Shown here: one piece after another, positions 28,580 to 38,762 of the stretch
Layout: the number at the start of each line of letters is the position of its first letter
Numbering within the stretch: position 1 is the stretch's first letter
NCBI GenBank assembly: GCA_963806375.1
Contig: CAWDXW010000002.1
Coordinates: 478,027-542,026, forward strand
From: an uncultured Pseudomonadota bacterium
GTDB taxonomy: Bacteria > Pseudomonadota > Gammaproteobacteria > Steroidobacterales > Steroidobacteraceae
DNA length: 64,000 nt
Reading direction: 5' to 3'
Position numbers and translations under genes: made by a program
The notes under the pieces: generated by a model
Told to the model about the DNA's origin: nothing
The model's input: the letters and a program-made list of their open reading frames with translations, nothing else
Database searches by the model: none

Positions 28580-29137
28580 ATGGAACCGCCCGCCATCACG
28601 CGCCACCGGCGGCCGTTTCTGGCACCGGTATGGCTGAGTCTGCTCGCGGCGCTGCTGGTCGCCGCGATCGGCATGGCGCTGTATCACAGCTCCGGCACCA
28701 CCCTGGTACTGCTGCTGCGTCCGGGTGACAGGGATCCGGGCACGATCGCGGACCCACCCCTGTCCCCGGAAGGTGAGGAGCGGGCGCAGCGCCTGGCGCG
28801 CCTGCTTGGCGACCCGCGACCCGGCGTGGGATTGGATGCGGTCTACGTAACGGGGGATCAGCGGGCCCAGCAAACCGCGGCGCCGCTCGTGGCGCGCCTG
28901 CAGCGGCATCCCCAGACGTTTGCCGCCGACCAGGCCGGGGCGGTGGCGGGGCGCTTGCTGCACGAGCACACCGGCGGGGCCGTCCTGGTGATCGCGGCCG
29001 AGCCGGCCTTTACGCGACTGCTGCGGGCGCTGGTCGGCGCGGACAATGCCGGTGCTGGTCCGGATGACTCAGCAGTGATGTACGTCGTCAGCGTGCCAAG
29101 CTTTGGCCGCGCGAGCCTCGTGCGCCTGCGTATCTAA
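28580..29137 (+). CDS. Membrane-anchored histidine-phosphatase-superfamily (SixA/PGAM-like) homolog, apparently lacking the catalytic His residues
   Basis: 185 aa. N-terminal TM (FLAPVWLSLLAALLVAAIGMAL), then LVLLLRPGDRD...PLSPEGEERAQRLARLL...LDAVYVTGDQRAQQTAAPL...VLVIAAEPAF. The fold pattern matches, but RPG replaces RHG and AAEP replaces GHEP. Confidence 0.5.
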   Translation: MEPPAITRHRRPFLAPVWLSLLAALLVAAIGMALYHSSGTTLVLLLRPGDRDPGTIADPPLSPEGEERAQRLARLLGDPRPGVGLDAVYVTGDQRAQQTAAPLVARLQRHPQTFAADQAGAVAGRLLHEHTGGAVLVIAAEPAFTRLLRALVGADNAGAGPDDSAVMYVVSVPSFGRASLVRLRI

Positions 29138-29625
29138 TCGGTGCGCTGGCTGGTGCCCTCGCGCCGGCCGCTTCCGGCACTCAACGCCGCGGCACGGCGG
29201 ACAAACTCGCTGTGTTGCCCGATGCGAAAATCGGCCAGTACTGCCGCCCGGATGTAGCGCGCCTGGTCGATCAGGTAGGTGGCGCGGCGTACACCAAACC
29301 CGAGCGGGCCCAACACGTCGTACATGCGGATGACGAACTTGTCCACGTCCGCAAGCAGCGTGAAGGGCAGGTGATGCTTCTCGCGGAAGCGACGGTGACT
29401 GTCGGGTGACTGCGGACTCACTCCCGCCACGTCCAACCCCGACTGCAGCAGTTCGGAGTGCAGATCCCGGATATTGCAGGCCTCGCGGGTGCAGCCAGGT
29501 GTGAAGTCCGCGGGATAGAAGTAAAGAATGAGGGGGCCGTGCCGCAGCAGCGTGCTCAGCGATACGCTCTGGTCGTCCTGGTCGGGCAGCGTAAATTCAG
29601 GCGCACGGCTCCCGATGGGCAGCAT
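29134..29625 (-). CDS. bcp: Thiol peroxidase / peroxiredoxin Bcp
   Basis: 163 aa. GSRAPEFTLPDQDDQSVSLSTLLRHGPLILYFYPADFTPGCTREAC. Confidence 0.9.
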   Translation of the reverse strand: MLPIGSRAPEFTLPDQDDQSVSLSTLLRHGPLILYFYPADFTPGCTREACNIRDLHSELLQSGLDVAGVSPQSPDSHRRFREKHHLPFTLLADVDKFVIRMYDVLGPLGFGVRRATYLIDQARYIRAAVLADFRIGQHSEFVRRAAALSAGSGRREGTSQRTD

Positions 29626-29749
29626 GGCGTTGTCTCCGTTTTTGCAGCTAAAACATCCCCCTAGGATGATGATAGCCGTATCGTGGCGGGGCAGTTAAAA
29701 CTTCGTTGGACCCCCCCGACCTTGATGCTAGAATCGCGCGCCTTGAAAT

Positions 29750-29805
<56 letters not shown>

Positions 29806-29822
<17 letters not shown>

Positions 29823-30214
29823 CATCCATAGACGTCCATTGATGTACACCGGTGTCCACACACGTCTTAGCGAGATCTCCATCTCCTGAGAAACACGACG
29901 TTTTATCGTCCATGCGTGTCTGTGAGCGTCTATGGCCGTCCATCCAAAGCAAGCTTCGGAACTGGGGTACCGGGTGGGGTACCGCGAGATAAAGAAAATC
30001 GGTACCCCAATTTCGTTGGCAAGCCGCACCTAACTTCACGTCCGCGTGCTTCTGCGGAGCACCGCGCTTACAAATTCTGCGAGAAAAAGGCCACTGATGG
30101 CGTGGTGTACGTTAGTTCCTCGAAGACATCGTTCACTGATCGCGGCTTCGACCTTGTAATCGTGATGGCCCGATGGGCCCGGTCAATTGGATCCCCAGGC
30201 AAGGGTTCGAAATA
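29806..30214. repeat. att core (tRNA 3' end) plus ~390-bp arm, copy 1 of a ~409-bp direct repeat
   Basis: Roughly 90% identical by eye to 36288-36696. Contains GGGGTACC at 29964-29971 and 29976-29983, and inverted GGTACCCC at 30001-30008. Confidence 0.85.
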
Positions 30215-30337
30215 CTCCAAGGAGTACTTTCAAGAAAAACATCGAGTTGCGGAGCGATGCCGCTTGACTTAGCTCCAGCATATCGACGCGACTCCCTGAC
30301 TAGACTAGACTAAGTATTAGCAGCCAGGATTTACAGT

Positions 30338-30574
30338 ATGAGCGTCATCAATGTTTACGAAGCGAAGACCCACCTCTCGAAACTCATCGAGCAGGCAGCG
30401 GCGGGCAAGGACGTTGTGATCGCGCGAGGCGGTAAGCCGATTGCACGGCTGACACGTCTGGAAAAGCCGGTGCGCAAGCTTCGCTTTGGTGTGCTTAAAG
30501 GTAAGGTTAAGCTGGCCGAAGACTTCGACGCCCCGCTTCCGGAACACCTACTGGCGCGGTTTGAGGGTCGATAG
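30338..30574 (+). CDS. Phd/YefM-family type II antitoxin
   Basis: 78 aa. MSVINVYEAKTHLSKLIEQAAAGKDVVIARGGKPIARL. Stop overlaps the vapC GTG. Confidence 0.85.
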   Translation: MSVINVYEAKTHLSKLIEQAAAGKDVVIARGGKPIARLTRLEKPVRKLRFGVLKGKVKLAEDFDAPLPEHLLARFEGR

Positions 30575-30951
30575 TGCGCCTGCTTCTGGACACACATGTG
30601 TTCATCTGGTCGGTATTGGGTAGCCGACGGCTCAAGGTGGCTACGCGCACGTATCTAGCGGGCGCCGAAACAGTCTATGTATCGGCAGCCTCGATCTGGG
30701 AAATTGCCATCAAGAAGAGCCTGGGCAAAATTCAAGGCGACGCTGACGCGTTTGCGGCAGCGATTGAGGCGAGCGGGTTCCAAGAACTACCAGTCAACGC
30801 GCGCCATGCCGCGGCCGTCGCAAAACTACCGCTGCGTCACGCCGACCCATTTGATCGCCTGCTTCTCGCGCAGGCGTTCACCGAGCCGCTGCGGCTCGTC
30901 ACTGCCGATCAGACGTTGGTCGCCTACGGTGGCGCCGTGGAGCTAATCTAA
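30574..30951 (+). CDS. vapC: PIN-domain toxin VapC
   Basis: 125 aa. LLLDTHVFIW...SAASIWEIAIK...HADPFDRLLLAQA carries the PIN acidic residues. Confidence 0.85.
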   Translation: MRLLLDTHVFIWSVLGSRRLKVATRTYLAGAETVYVSAASIWEIAIKKSLGKIQGDADAFAAAIEASGFQELPVNARHAAAVAKLPLRHADPFDRLLLAQAFTEPLRLVTADQTLVAYGGAVELI

Positions 30952-31117
30952 GGCCGGATCGCGGAGCTTGGCCGGGCACGGCCCGATTTGGCTCCCAAGA
31001 AGCGACATTCAGTGAAGAACCATGAGAGCAATCGGCAAAGGTCGCCTGTTGACCCCTTTGCGGTCGGCCGCGAACGACGGCTTCCGGGCAGTCCCGTCAA
31101 GTCGCTGGCGTCCCGCC

Positions 31118-32866
31118 TCAGTGGATCGTAAGTGGCAGCGTCGTCGTGACAACCTGGGTTGGCTCCGAGTCGTCGACAGCCCAGACCGTGACGCTGTAAG
31201 CGCCCGAGGCCGCGGGCGTGCCGCTTACCGTGCCGTCCTGGTGCACGACGATCCCTGACGGCGCGCCCCAACCCACCCAGACGTAAGGCGCTGTACCGCC
31301 GCTCGCGGAAAGGACCTGATTGTACGCCGAGCCTGCAGTGCCATCGGCCAACGACGTCGTCGTCAGCGCCAGCGGCACCGCCGATCCAACTGCGGTGCCA
31401 GATGCAGCCGGCCAGAGTGTGTCGGAGCCCGCGTACTGAGTCCAGAGCTCAAAGTTGCCGGCCGGCAGCACGACGGGCGAGAGCGTGAAGCTGCCATCCG
31501 CCGCAGTCTGCACGGGACCGAAGTTCAACGCCTGACCGCTGCCGTCGGTGGCCGTGGCGGTCGCCGTGATCGGTGCCATCGGGACTGGCGCGCCGCTCGC
31601 GAGCGAAAGATTACCGCTGATTGCGCTGGCGCCGAGCGTTGCCGTGAGCATGGTCCGCGTGCGGAAGTAGCGATCGATCAGGTAGGTGAAGGCGCCGGGA
31701 TCGGTCTCCGGCAGCACGTGCGAGGGATACGGGTTCCACGACTGGAAGATGACTTGGTCAGGCGGCGGGCTTCCATAGAGCTCGCGCAGAGTGAAGAAGC
31801 TCTCGGCCGCCGCGATCCAAGTGACGTCGGTGGTCGGCGTCGCTTGCCCGTTGTATATAACGCCATATGGAATGCCGCGCGCGGCGAGCGCGATCCGCAG
31901 CGCCGTGTCCCACGGCCTCCAGTCTGCACTCGGCGCGATATCGAAATCGAAGAACGCGAACGGCGTGCCGGTCGTCGCCTGCCACGCGTCGATCCATGCC
32001 AGGTAGTGATCGAGCCAGTCAGTCGTTACGTAGAGCGCCGGCAGCGGCTCGATGTCGCCGATGATGACGTCGGGGAACACATTCCGGATCTGTGCGACCT
32101 GCGCCGCCGCATTCTGCGCGATTTGTGCCTCGGTCCAATTGCAGGCGTTGGTGCCGGTGTAGAGCCCTGCGTAATACTCGAGCTCGTCGAGCGCAACGTA
32201 GTGCAGGTTGCCGCCGAAGTTCGCGATCGTCTGCGCGAGGTCTTGGTTGTCACCACCGAAGCCCGCGATGCCACTGCCGCAGTTCGCCCCGGGAAGCAGC
32301 GGGTTCCATTCCGTCGCGAGCCCGATGTGGTGGTTCGCGAGGAAGTTGACCATAGTCATGATGTCTGCGGTTGAATACGCATCACCGTTCCACATCCCGG
32401 CGTAGACCTTGAACACCTGGACGTGCGACGCGGCGTTCGTCCACGACGCACCCGGTTGAAACAGCTGCATGTAGTCCACCGAACCGTTGCCCGGGCCGAC
32501 CAGCGGGAACGGCGCGAACCATACGTTCGGTGGCGGATAGACCGGGATCGTGACTTGCGCCGTCGCCGAGCCGTAGGCGTTCGACGCGGTCAGCATGTAG
32601 GTCGTGTCTGCGCTCGGCGTAACCTTGACGCTTGTGCCGCCTTGCGTGCCAAGCGGCGCCAGGCTGACGCTAGTGGTGTTGCTCACACTCCAGCTGATCG
32701 TCGCGCTGCCGCCAGCCGTCACCCACGCGGGGCTCGCGCTTAAGTTTGCGATCACTGGCGCTGATCCGGAAGGTGCGCTCGATCCGCCGCCGCAACTACC
32801 GGTCAGTCCCGCAGTCGCGATCAACGCTAGAATCCGAACAACCCGTTCTCTTGTGTGGCCACTCAT
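31118..32866 (-). CDS. Secreted (lipo)protein with N- and C-terminal Ig-like domains and a central unknown domain
   Basis: 582 aa. Signal plus Cys (ALIATAGLTGSCGG). Ig-like N-terminus (ISWSVSNTTSVSL...YMLTASNAYGSATAQVTI). C-terminal putative Ig domain (LADGTAGSAYNQVLSASGGTAPYVW...GTVSGTPAASGAYSVTVWAVD). Confidence 0.7.
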   Translation of the reverse strand: MSGHTRERVVRILALIATAGLTGSCGGGSSAPSGSAPVIANLSASPAWVTAGGSATISWSVSNTTSVSLAPLGTQGGTSVKVTPSADTTYMLTASNAYGSATAQVTIPVYPPPNVWFAPFPLVGPGNGSVDYMQLFQPGASWTNAASHVQVFKVYAGMWNGDAYSTADIMTMVNFLANHHIGLATEWNPLLPGANCGSGIAGFGGDNQDLAQTIANFGGNLHYVALDELEYYAGLYTGTNACNWTEAQIAQNAAAQVAQIRNVFPDVIIGDIEPLPALYVTTDWLDHYLAWIDAWQATTGTPFAFFDFDIAPSADWRPWDTALRIALAARGIPYGVIYNGQATPTTDVTWIAAAESFFTLRELYGSPPPDQVIFQSWNPYPSHVLPETDPGAFTYLIDRYFRTRTMLTATLGASAISGNLSLASGAPVPMAPITATATATDGSGQALNFGPVQTAADGSFTLSPVVLPAGNFELWTQYAGSDTLWPAASGTAVGSAVPLALTTTSLADGTAGSAYNQVLSASGGTAPYVWVGWGAPSGIVVHQDGTVSGTPAASGAYSVTVWAVDDSEPTQVVTTTLPLTIH

Positions 32867-33275
32867 ATACGCCCCTTAACGCTTTAAGGTCTCGGCGCGC
32901 GGCATCTACCGGCGGCATCGGACTGGCCAAAGCGGGGTAAAGAGTGGCCCGAGTTGACCGAGAGCGGCGGTTCCCGCCTGAAGTGCCAATCGACTATGAG
33001 TCAGATTCACCCGGAACCGCCTGTGGCGAACGGCAGCATTTGGGCATTCACGAACCGGCGCTGCTAATGTCTTCCTGCGAAATGCAGCAACCATGCCTTA
33101 ATAAACTGGCCCCTCGGTCACGTTGCCGAGACAGCGCATGGGACCAACGGTCAATAGCTGGTATTCACCGCGTGTGCTAGCGTGGACTTGGCGGCAAGCT
33201 ACCAACACCCCTACGTCATATTTGTCGGTCTTGGCGTTCCTTGTGGGGCCAGAAAATGAAAGATCGGGAAAACGC

Positions 33276-35783
33276 ATGCGCAACGTCCATTTTTTCGCGT
33301 TGATAGCCCTGTTTGCGGCCGTTACTGCCAGCGTCGGAACAACCTACGCGCAGCAGATCAACGGGACGCCCGGGTCACCAGCGGCGACGACGACGATCGA
33401 CGGCGGGCAGCTTCCACCGCCGCCCAGAAATTTGGCGGTGTGATCAAGGAAAGCTACCAGGATTCGAAGCCGTACTGGCCGCCGCGAGTGGTCCTGCCCA
33501 AGGGCGCGCCCAACGTGCTGCTCATCATGACCGATGATCAGGGCTACGGGGTTTCGAGCACCTTCGGCGGCGTCATTCCGACGCCGGCGCTCGATCGCAT
33601 CGCCAAGGCGGGATTGCGCTACACGCAGTTTCACTCCACGGCGCTTGTGTTCGCCGACGCGCGCGGCGCTGATCACCGGCCGCAACCATCACTCGGTCGG
33701 TTTCGGCGTCATCGGCGAATTGTCCACCGGGTTCCCCGGCTACGATTCCGTCATCGGCCCGGAGAGCGCCACCATCGGCACGATCCTTAGGGACAACGGC
33801 TATGCAACCTCGTGGTTCGGCAAGAACCACAACACGCCGGGCTTTCAATACAGCGTCGCCGGGCCGTTCAATCAATGGCCGGTCGGCATGGGCTTTGAGT
33901 ATTTCTACGGCTTCATGGGCGGCGAGACCGATCAGTGGACGCCGTATTTGTTTCGCAATACCACGCTGGTTTTCCCCTGGATCGGCAAGCCCGGCTACAA
34001 CCTCATTACCGATATGGCGGACGATGCGATCAGGCACATGCGCGATTTGAACGCAGCCGCGCCCGACAAGCCGTTCTTCGTCTATTACGTGCCCGGCGGC
34101 ACTCACTCGCCGCACCAGCCGACCCAGGAGTGGATCGAAAAGTTCAAGGGCAAGTTCGACATGGGTTATGAAAAGCTGCGCGAGCAGATATTCGCCAACC
34201 AGAAGCGGCTCGGCGTCATCCCGGCCGGCACCCAGCTCACCCCGTGGCCGGACGGGCAGGCCGCGTTTGGCGGCGCCAAGCTGCCGCGGTGGGACTCGCT
34301 TTCAGCGATAGAAAAGAAACTCTTTGCGCGCGAGGCCGAGGTTTTTGCCGCCTATGCCGCCTATACCGACCATGAGATCGGCCGGGTCATTCAAGAAGTC
34401 CAGGATGAAGGCAAACTCGACAACACGCTGATCATCTACATCGTCGGCGACAACGGCACCAGCGCCGAGGGCACGCTGTACGGAACCTATAACCAGCTCA
34501 TCGCCTACAACGGCATTCTGAAGACCCCGGAGCCCCTGCAGCTATTGCACTACGAGGACTGGGGCTCGGACAAGACCTACCCGCACATGGCGGTGCAATG
34601 GTCGTGGGCGTTCGATTCGCCGTTCAAGTGGACCAAGCAGGTGGCCTCGCATTTCGGCGGCACCCGCAGGGCATGGCGATCTCCTGGCCCGGCCATATCA
34701 AGGACGTGGGGGCCATGCGCACCCAGTTTCACCACGTGATTGATATCGTGCCGACCATCCTCGAGGCCGCCGGCATCAAGGCACCCGACCAGGTCAATGG
34801 CATCAAGCAGAGGCCGATCGAAGGCGTGAGCATGGCTGTACACGTTCGACAAGGCGAATGCCAACGCGCCCTCGAAGCGCGACACGCAGTATTTCGAAAT
34901 GGTCGGCAACCGCGGTATCTACCACGACGGGTGGATGGCCAACACGAGTCCTCCGTCCCCGTCGTGGGAGCTGGGAACGGGCAAGCTGGCCGACCTTGAC
35001 ACCGGCTACCAGTGGGAGCTTTATCACATCACTGAGGACTACTCGCAATACAACGACCTCGCCGCAAAAATGCCGGACAAGCTCAAGGAAATGCAGGCCT
35101 TGTTTGCGACGGAAGCCGCGAAATACAACGTGTTCCCGTTGGATAACCGGGCTTCTCGCGTCTCCTGACGCCGCGGCCGAGCGCGGTCGCCGGCCGGACG
35201 GTGTTCACCTACACGGGGGAAAATGCCGGCATTCCTCCCGGCAATGCGCCGAGCATTTTGGACCGGGACTACACCATCACCGCCGATGTGACGATTCCCA
35301 AAGAGGGCGCGGAGGGCATGATCGTGACGCTCGGCGGACGCTTCGGCGGCTATGGCGCTATACCTGCTCAAAGGCAAGCCGGTGTTCGTCTATAACCTGC
35401 TCGATCTGGAGCGGTTCCGCTGGGAGGGCGGCGTGGGCGGCGAGGACTGGTTGGGCTCATCACTCAAGGCGGGCAAGCACACGCATTGTATTCGATTTCA
35501 AGTACGACGGCCCGGGTCCCGGCAAGGGCGGCACCGGCGTGCTCTCGGTGGACGGCAAGGAGTTGGCGCGCAAGACGATCGAACACACGATTCCGCTGCT
35601 GATGACCATCGACGAAACCTTCGATGTCGGCATCGATACTCGCTCGCCCGTGGACGACAGCTACAAATTCCGTTCCGATTCAACGGCACGATCAACAAAC
35701 TGACTTTCAGTCTGGGGAAAGAGCAGCTGTCGGCCGACGATCACGCGGCAATGCAGAGGGCGCTAGCTCAAGCGCACGATTAA
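33276..35783 (+). pseudogene. Arylsulfatase (Cys-type, formylglycine-dependent) pseudogene with at least 8 frameshifts
   Basis: A colinear sulfatase sequence is spread over ORFs 33123.., 33440.., 33534.., 34598.., 34899.., 35201.., 35352.., 34858.. .
Pieces: signal peptide MRNVHFFALIALFAAV; NVLLIMTDDQGYG; LCSPTRAALITGRNHH; GTHSPH; VGDNG; C-terminal ...NGTINKLTFSL.
Frame order is 0,2,0,2,0,2,0,1,0. Confidence 0.85.
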
Positions 35784-36287
35784 GCAAACCGGGTCCGGAA
35801 TCTGCGACTACGACGTGCGGCAGCGATAGCCGCATGACTTTCAACTCATCGGAGTGTACGGGCTGGCTGTCGTGTCGACCTTGACATTGCACGGTATGAC
35901 TTTAGAACCGGCTTCACTGCGAGTGCGCGACAGGGTCGGGGCGGTATGGCTTCGTGTGGCAGCAGGGCGCGCTCGGCAAGGACAGCCAACAGCTGGCGTC
36001 CTTCCTTGCCCAGTTCAGGATCGCCGACGCCGGCACGGCTGCGCGAGGTATCAACGACGCCGTGCCATTTGGTCGCGAATCCCTCGCGCGCACCGAACCT
36101 TTCGATATCAAATCGCTGCGCCGCTTGACCTATGCCGCGGCGCGCCCTGTTCGCACGTGCTAACTCTTTCTCTCGCAGGCTCTAGAGCACACCACATGCC
36201 ACCTGATCGCAACTGGGGTAGCGCATGGGGTATCGTGATTACTACGGTAAAATAAATGTTATCGAACAATATCTTAGGCGTGCCTTG

Positions 36288-36696
36288 GATCCCCTTCCGC
36301 TCCACATCCACAGACGTCCATTGATGTACACGGGTGTCCACGCACGTCTACAGCGAGATCTCCATCTCCCGAGAAACACGGTGTTTATCGTCCACTGGTG
36401 TCTCGTGAGCATCTATGGCCGTCGATCCAAAGCAAGCTTCGGAAGTGGGGTACCGGGTGGGGTACCGCGAGATAAAAAAAGTCGGTACCCCAATTTCGTT
36501 GGGAAGCCGCACCTGAGTTCACGTCCGCGTTCTTCTGCGGAGCAGCGCGTTTACAAATTCTGCGAGAAAAAGGCCACGGATAGCGTGGTGTACGTTATTC
36601 CCTCGAAGACCCGGTTCACTATCGCGGCTTCGACCTTGTAATCGTTATAGCTCGATGGGCCTGGTCAATTGGATCCCCAGGTGGGGGTTCGAAATC
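36288..36696. repeat. att core (copy of tRNA-Ala 3' end) plus arm, copy 2 of the ~409-bp direct repeat
   Basis: GATCCCCTTCCGCTCCACATCC at 36288 is identical to 29806-29827. GGGGTACC at 36447 and 36459, GGTACCCC at 36485. Preceded by GGGGTA x2 (36215, 36227). Confidence 0.85.
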
Positions 36697-36715
36697 GGAT
36701 CGCTGGGTCTCTCGC

Positions 36716-37252
36716 CTAGTCCCGTCTTGATCTTTGCGCAAGTAACTCTTCGAGAGCGTAAAGCGCCTTCTGCGGGAAACGCTCCGGCGGATAATACTTG
36801 CTGACGATTTCGAGTGCTTGATCGTAGGATCGAACATCTAACAGCCGCAGGAGGAAGCGCACATCTTCCTCATCGTGGAATTCAGCCCCTATCCTCATCG
36901 CCAGACACTTCATCGCAAGCATGTAATGCGGTTCCGCCACCATCACTCGGAGATGGTCGAGCTCGAGAAACGGGGCGAAGTCGGCCTTTTCGCTCAGAAA
37001 GCCCTTCACACCGTCATTGAGCCATTCGGCTGGGAGGTGGGCCTTCGCAGCTGCACGCTCCGCCGCCTTCCGCACTTGCGCTGCCGGTCGAAACAGGGCG
37101 TCCACATCAGCAGTCGACTGCCTGGCGTTGAACGCAAGACACATCACTGCACCGCCAACCAGGTAGAGCTCGCCGCGGGTGTCAGACTGGCGTAGCTCTT
37201 CATTCAGGAGCTCAAAGAGCCGCCGAATGTCTTCTTGCGTGAGCGCAGGCAT
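36716..37252 (-). CDS. Minimal nucleotidyltransferase-fold protein (DUF6036-like), putative toxin/antitoxin-type component
   Basis: Start ATG 37252, 1 nt after the upstream gene stop. MPALTQEDIRRLFELLNEEL...GELYLVGGAVMCLAFNARQSTADVDALF matches the GG-x(n)-DxD pattern of minimal NTases. Confidence 0.7.
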   Translation of the reverse strand: MPALTQEDIRRLFELLNEELRQSDTRGELYLVGGAVMCLAFNARQSTADVDALFRPAAQVRKAAERAAAKAHLPAEWLNDGVKGFLSEKADFAPFLELDHLRVMVAEPHYMLAMKCLAMRIGAEFHDEEDVRFLLRLLDVRSYDQALEIVSKYYPPERFPQKALYALEELLAQRSRRD

Positions 37253-37253
37253 G

Positions 37254-37751
37254 TCACACCCGGTCGCCGAGGGTCGAGTCGATGAAGATATTTCGACGTC
37301 GGAACGGAGCGGGGGAGTGCGTGAGGAGGTGCAGTCGAAGCGATCCCAATGTGGAACCGAACGCAGGCTCATCGAGCGGCGGGACTCTCCGGGTCCATGC
37401 GGGCACCCGCATCCCATGCTTCGCGCACGCAGTCTCAACCATCGCCGAGACATAGTTAGCGAGAAACGGTGGAAGCTCGACCTCTGGTGCGGCCGCCACA
37501 GCGTCGCGCAGCTCGGCCGCAGTGAACTTCGAAAGAAGCGTATTGATGTCCGCGAGCGCGAAAGAAACTCCACCAGGCCCGCTTAACGCCCGGACTGCTT
37601 CCTTGAACTCGCGTGCCGGGATTGAGAGCACGCGGCTCAGAACGTAGGTGGACATGTCTAGACCTGCGCGCGCGGCAGCGCTGCGAATGGCGGACTTTTC
37701 CGCCTCCGATACCCGAATCTGAAGCTGCGAGAGTTTTGAGTTTCTAGCCAC
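37254..37751 (-). CDS. Ribbon-helix-helix (MobC/CopG-like) protein with unknown C-terminal domain, partner of the NTase
   Basis: In-frame GTG at 37751. SKLSQLQIRVSEAEKSAIRSAAARAGLDMSTYVLSRVL is an RHH pattern. The upstream part of ORF 37254..37826 runs through an AT-rich promoter-like stretch. Confidence 0.6.
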   Translation of the reverse strand: MARNSKLSQLQIRVSEAEKSAIRSAAARAGLDMSTYVLSRVLSIPAREFKEAVRALSGPGGVSFALADINTLLSKFTAAELRDAVAAAPEVELPPFLANYVSAMVETACAKHGMRVPAWTRRVPPLDEPAFGSTLGSLRLHLLTHSPAPFRRRNIFIDSTLGDRV

Positions 37752-37780
37752 TGACGAAGGATGCCAGCTCGCCTTTACAG

Positions 37781-37802
37781 TGTCAATACGTAGGTATTGA
37801 CA
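37781..37802. promoter_or_regulatory. Perfect 9-4-9 inverted repeat, candidate operator of the RHH-NTase operon
   Basis: TGTCAATAC-GTAG-GTATTGACA lies 30 nt upstream of the RHH gene start, contains TTGACA on the coding strand and is next to the AT-rich TATATAATATAC. Confidence 0.4.
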
Positions 37803-37952
37803 TATAAGTATATAATATACATACAATTTTCACGGAAATCACAAGGCGCCTCGTACGAATTCTGACTGACCGGTTCGCGGCCCCCGTGAGTTCGGAGCGG
37901 CGGTCGCCCCCGTGAACCGTGGGTTCAAGGGTTTGGGGCGATAAAGAGGGAG

Positions 37953-38693
37953 CTAAACCGCGGTGCGTCCGCCGTCCACTGCAACCGTTGCGCCGTTTAC
38001 GTATGCCGCTGCTTCGGAGGCCAGGAATGACACTACCGCCGCCACTTCGGCAGTGCTGCCCACGCGGCCGGCCGGCACGGTCTTACCCAACTGTTCCAGC
38101 GCCTCCCCCATGCCCAAAGTGCCGGGAGTTCGAATCGGCCCGGGTGCAACGGCGTTTACCGTCACGCCGCTTGGGCCAAATTCGGCCGCCCATGACTGTG
38201 TCAATAGCTGCAGGGCCGCTTTGGATGACCCATACAACGCGCCACCGATCATTCCGAAGTGCGCTGCCATCGTCGTGATATTCACGATGCGGCCCCATTT
38301 ACGCACCGCCATAGCGGGGGCCAGGCGTGCGGTCAGAAAATAGGGGGCACGCACGTTACTTGCAAACATGGCATCGAAGGCCTCCACGGTTGTATCGGCT
38401 GTCGGCCCAAATGAGAAGATCCCGGCACTGTTAACCAGGATGTCGATGCCGCCTAAGAGCTCGACGGCTTGATCGGCGAGTCGCGATGCCTCGCTCGCAT
38501 TGGCAAGATTAGCAGCCAGAAACTGAGCTTCTCCGCCCTGGCTTTGGATCGCCTTCACCACGGCGTTAGCACGGGTGGCATCGCGGCCGGAGACGATTAC
38601 ACGCACGCGCGCGGCGGCGAGTGACTCAGCGATCGCCTGTCCGATGCCTGATGTGGCGCCGGTAACCAGGGCATTGCGGGTGATGTGGTTCAA
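37953..38693 (-). CDS. SDR-family oxidoreductase (FabG-like)
   Basis: 246 aa. ALVTGATSGIGQAIA...NSAG...YGSSKAALQ. Confidence 0.9.
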   Translation of the reverse strand: MNHITRNALVTGATSGIGQAIAESLAAARVRVIVSGRDATRANAVVKAIQSQGGEAQFLAANLANASEASRLADQAVELLGGIDILVNSAGIFSFGPTADTTVEAFDAMFASNVRAPYFLTARLAPAMAVRKWGRIVNITTMAAHFGMIGGALYGSSKAALQLLTQSWAAEFGPSGVTVNAVAPGPIRTPGTLGMGEALEQLGKTVPAGRVGSTAEVAAVVSFLASEAAAYVNGATVAVDGGRTAV

Positions 38694-38762
38694 GCTGTCT
38701 CCGTCGTGAGGTCGTGATCGCCCGACAGTGAAGTTCGAGCATGCATTTCCGCTCGCTGGTCC

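Noticed and set aside
29823-30337. Integrase gene remnant or small CDS in the 409-bp repeat (ORFs 29916..30272, 29661..30029, 36225..36641, 36619..36837)
   Set aside because: The two repeat copies do not conserve any reading frame: stops and indels differ between copies. No recombinase motifs were seen in any frame. Better explained as att arm DNA with GGGGTACC binding-site repeats.
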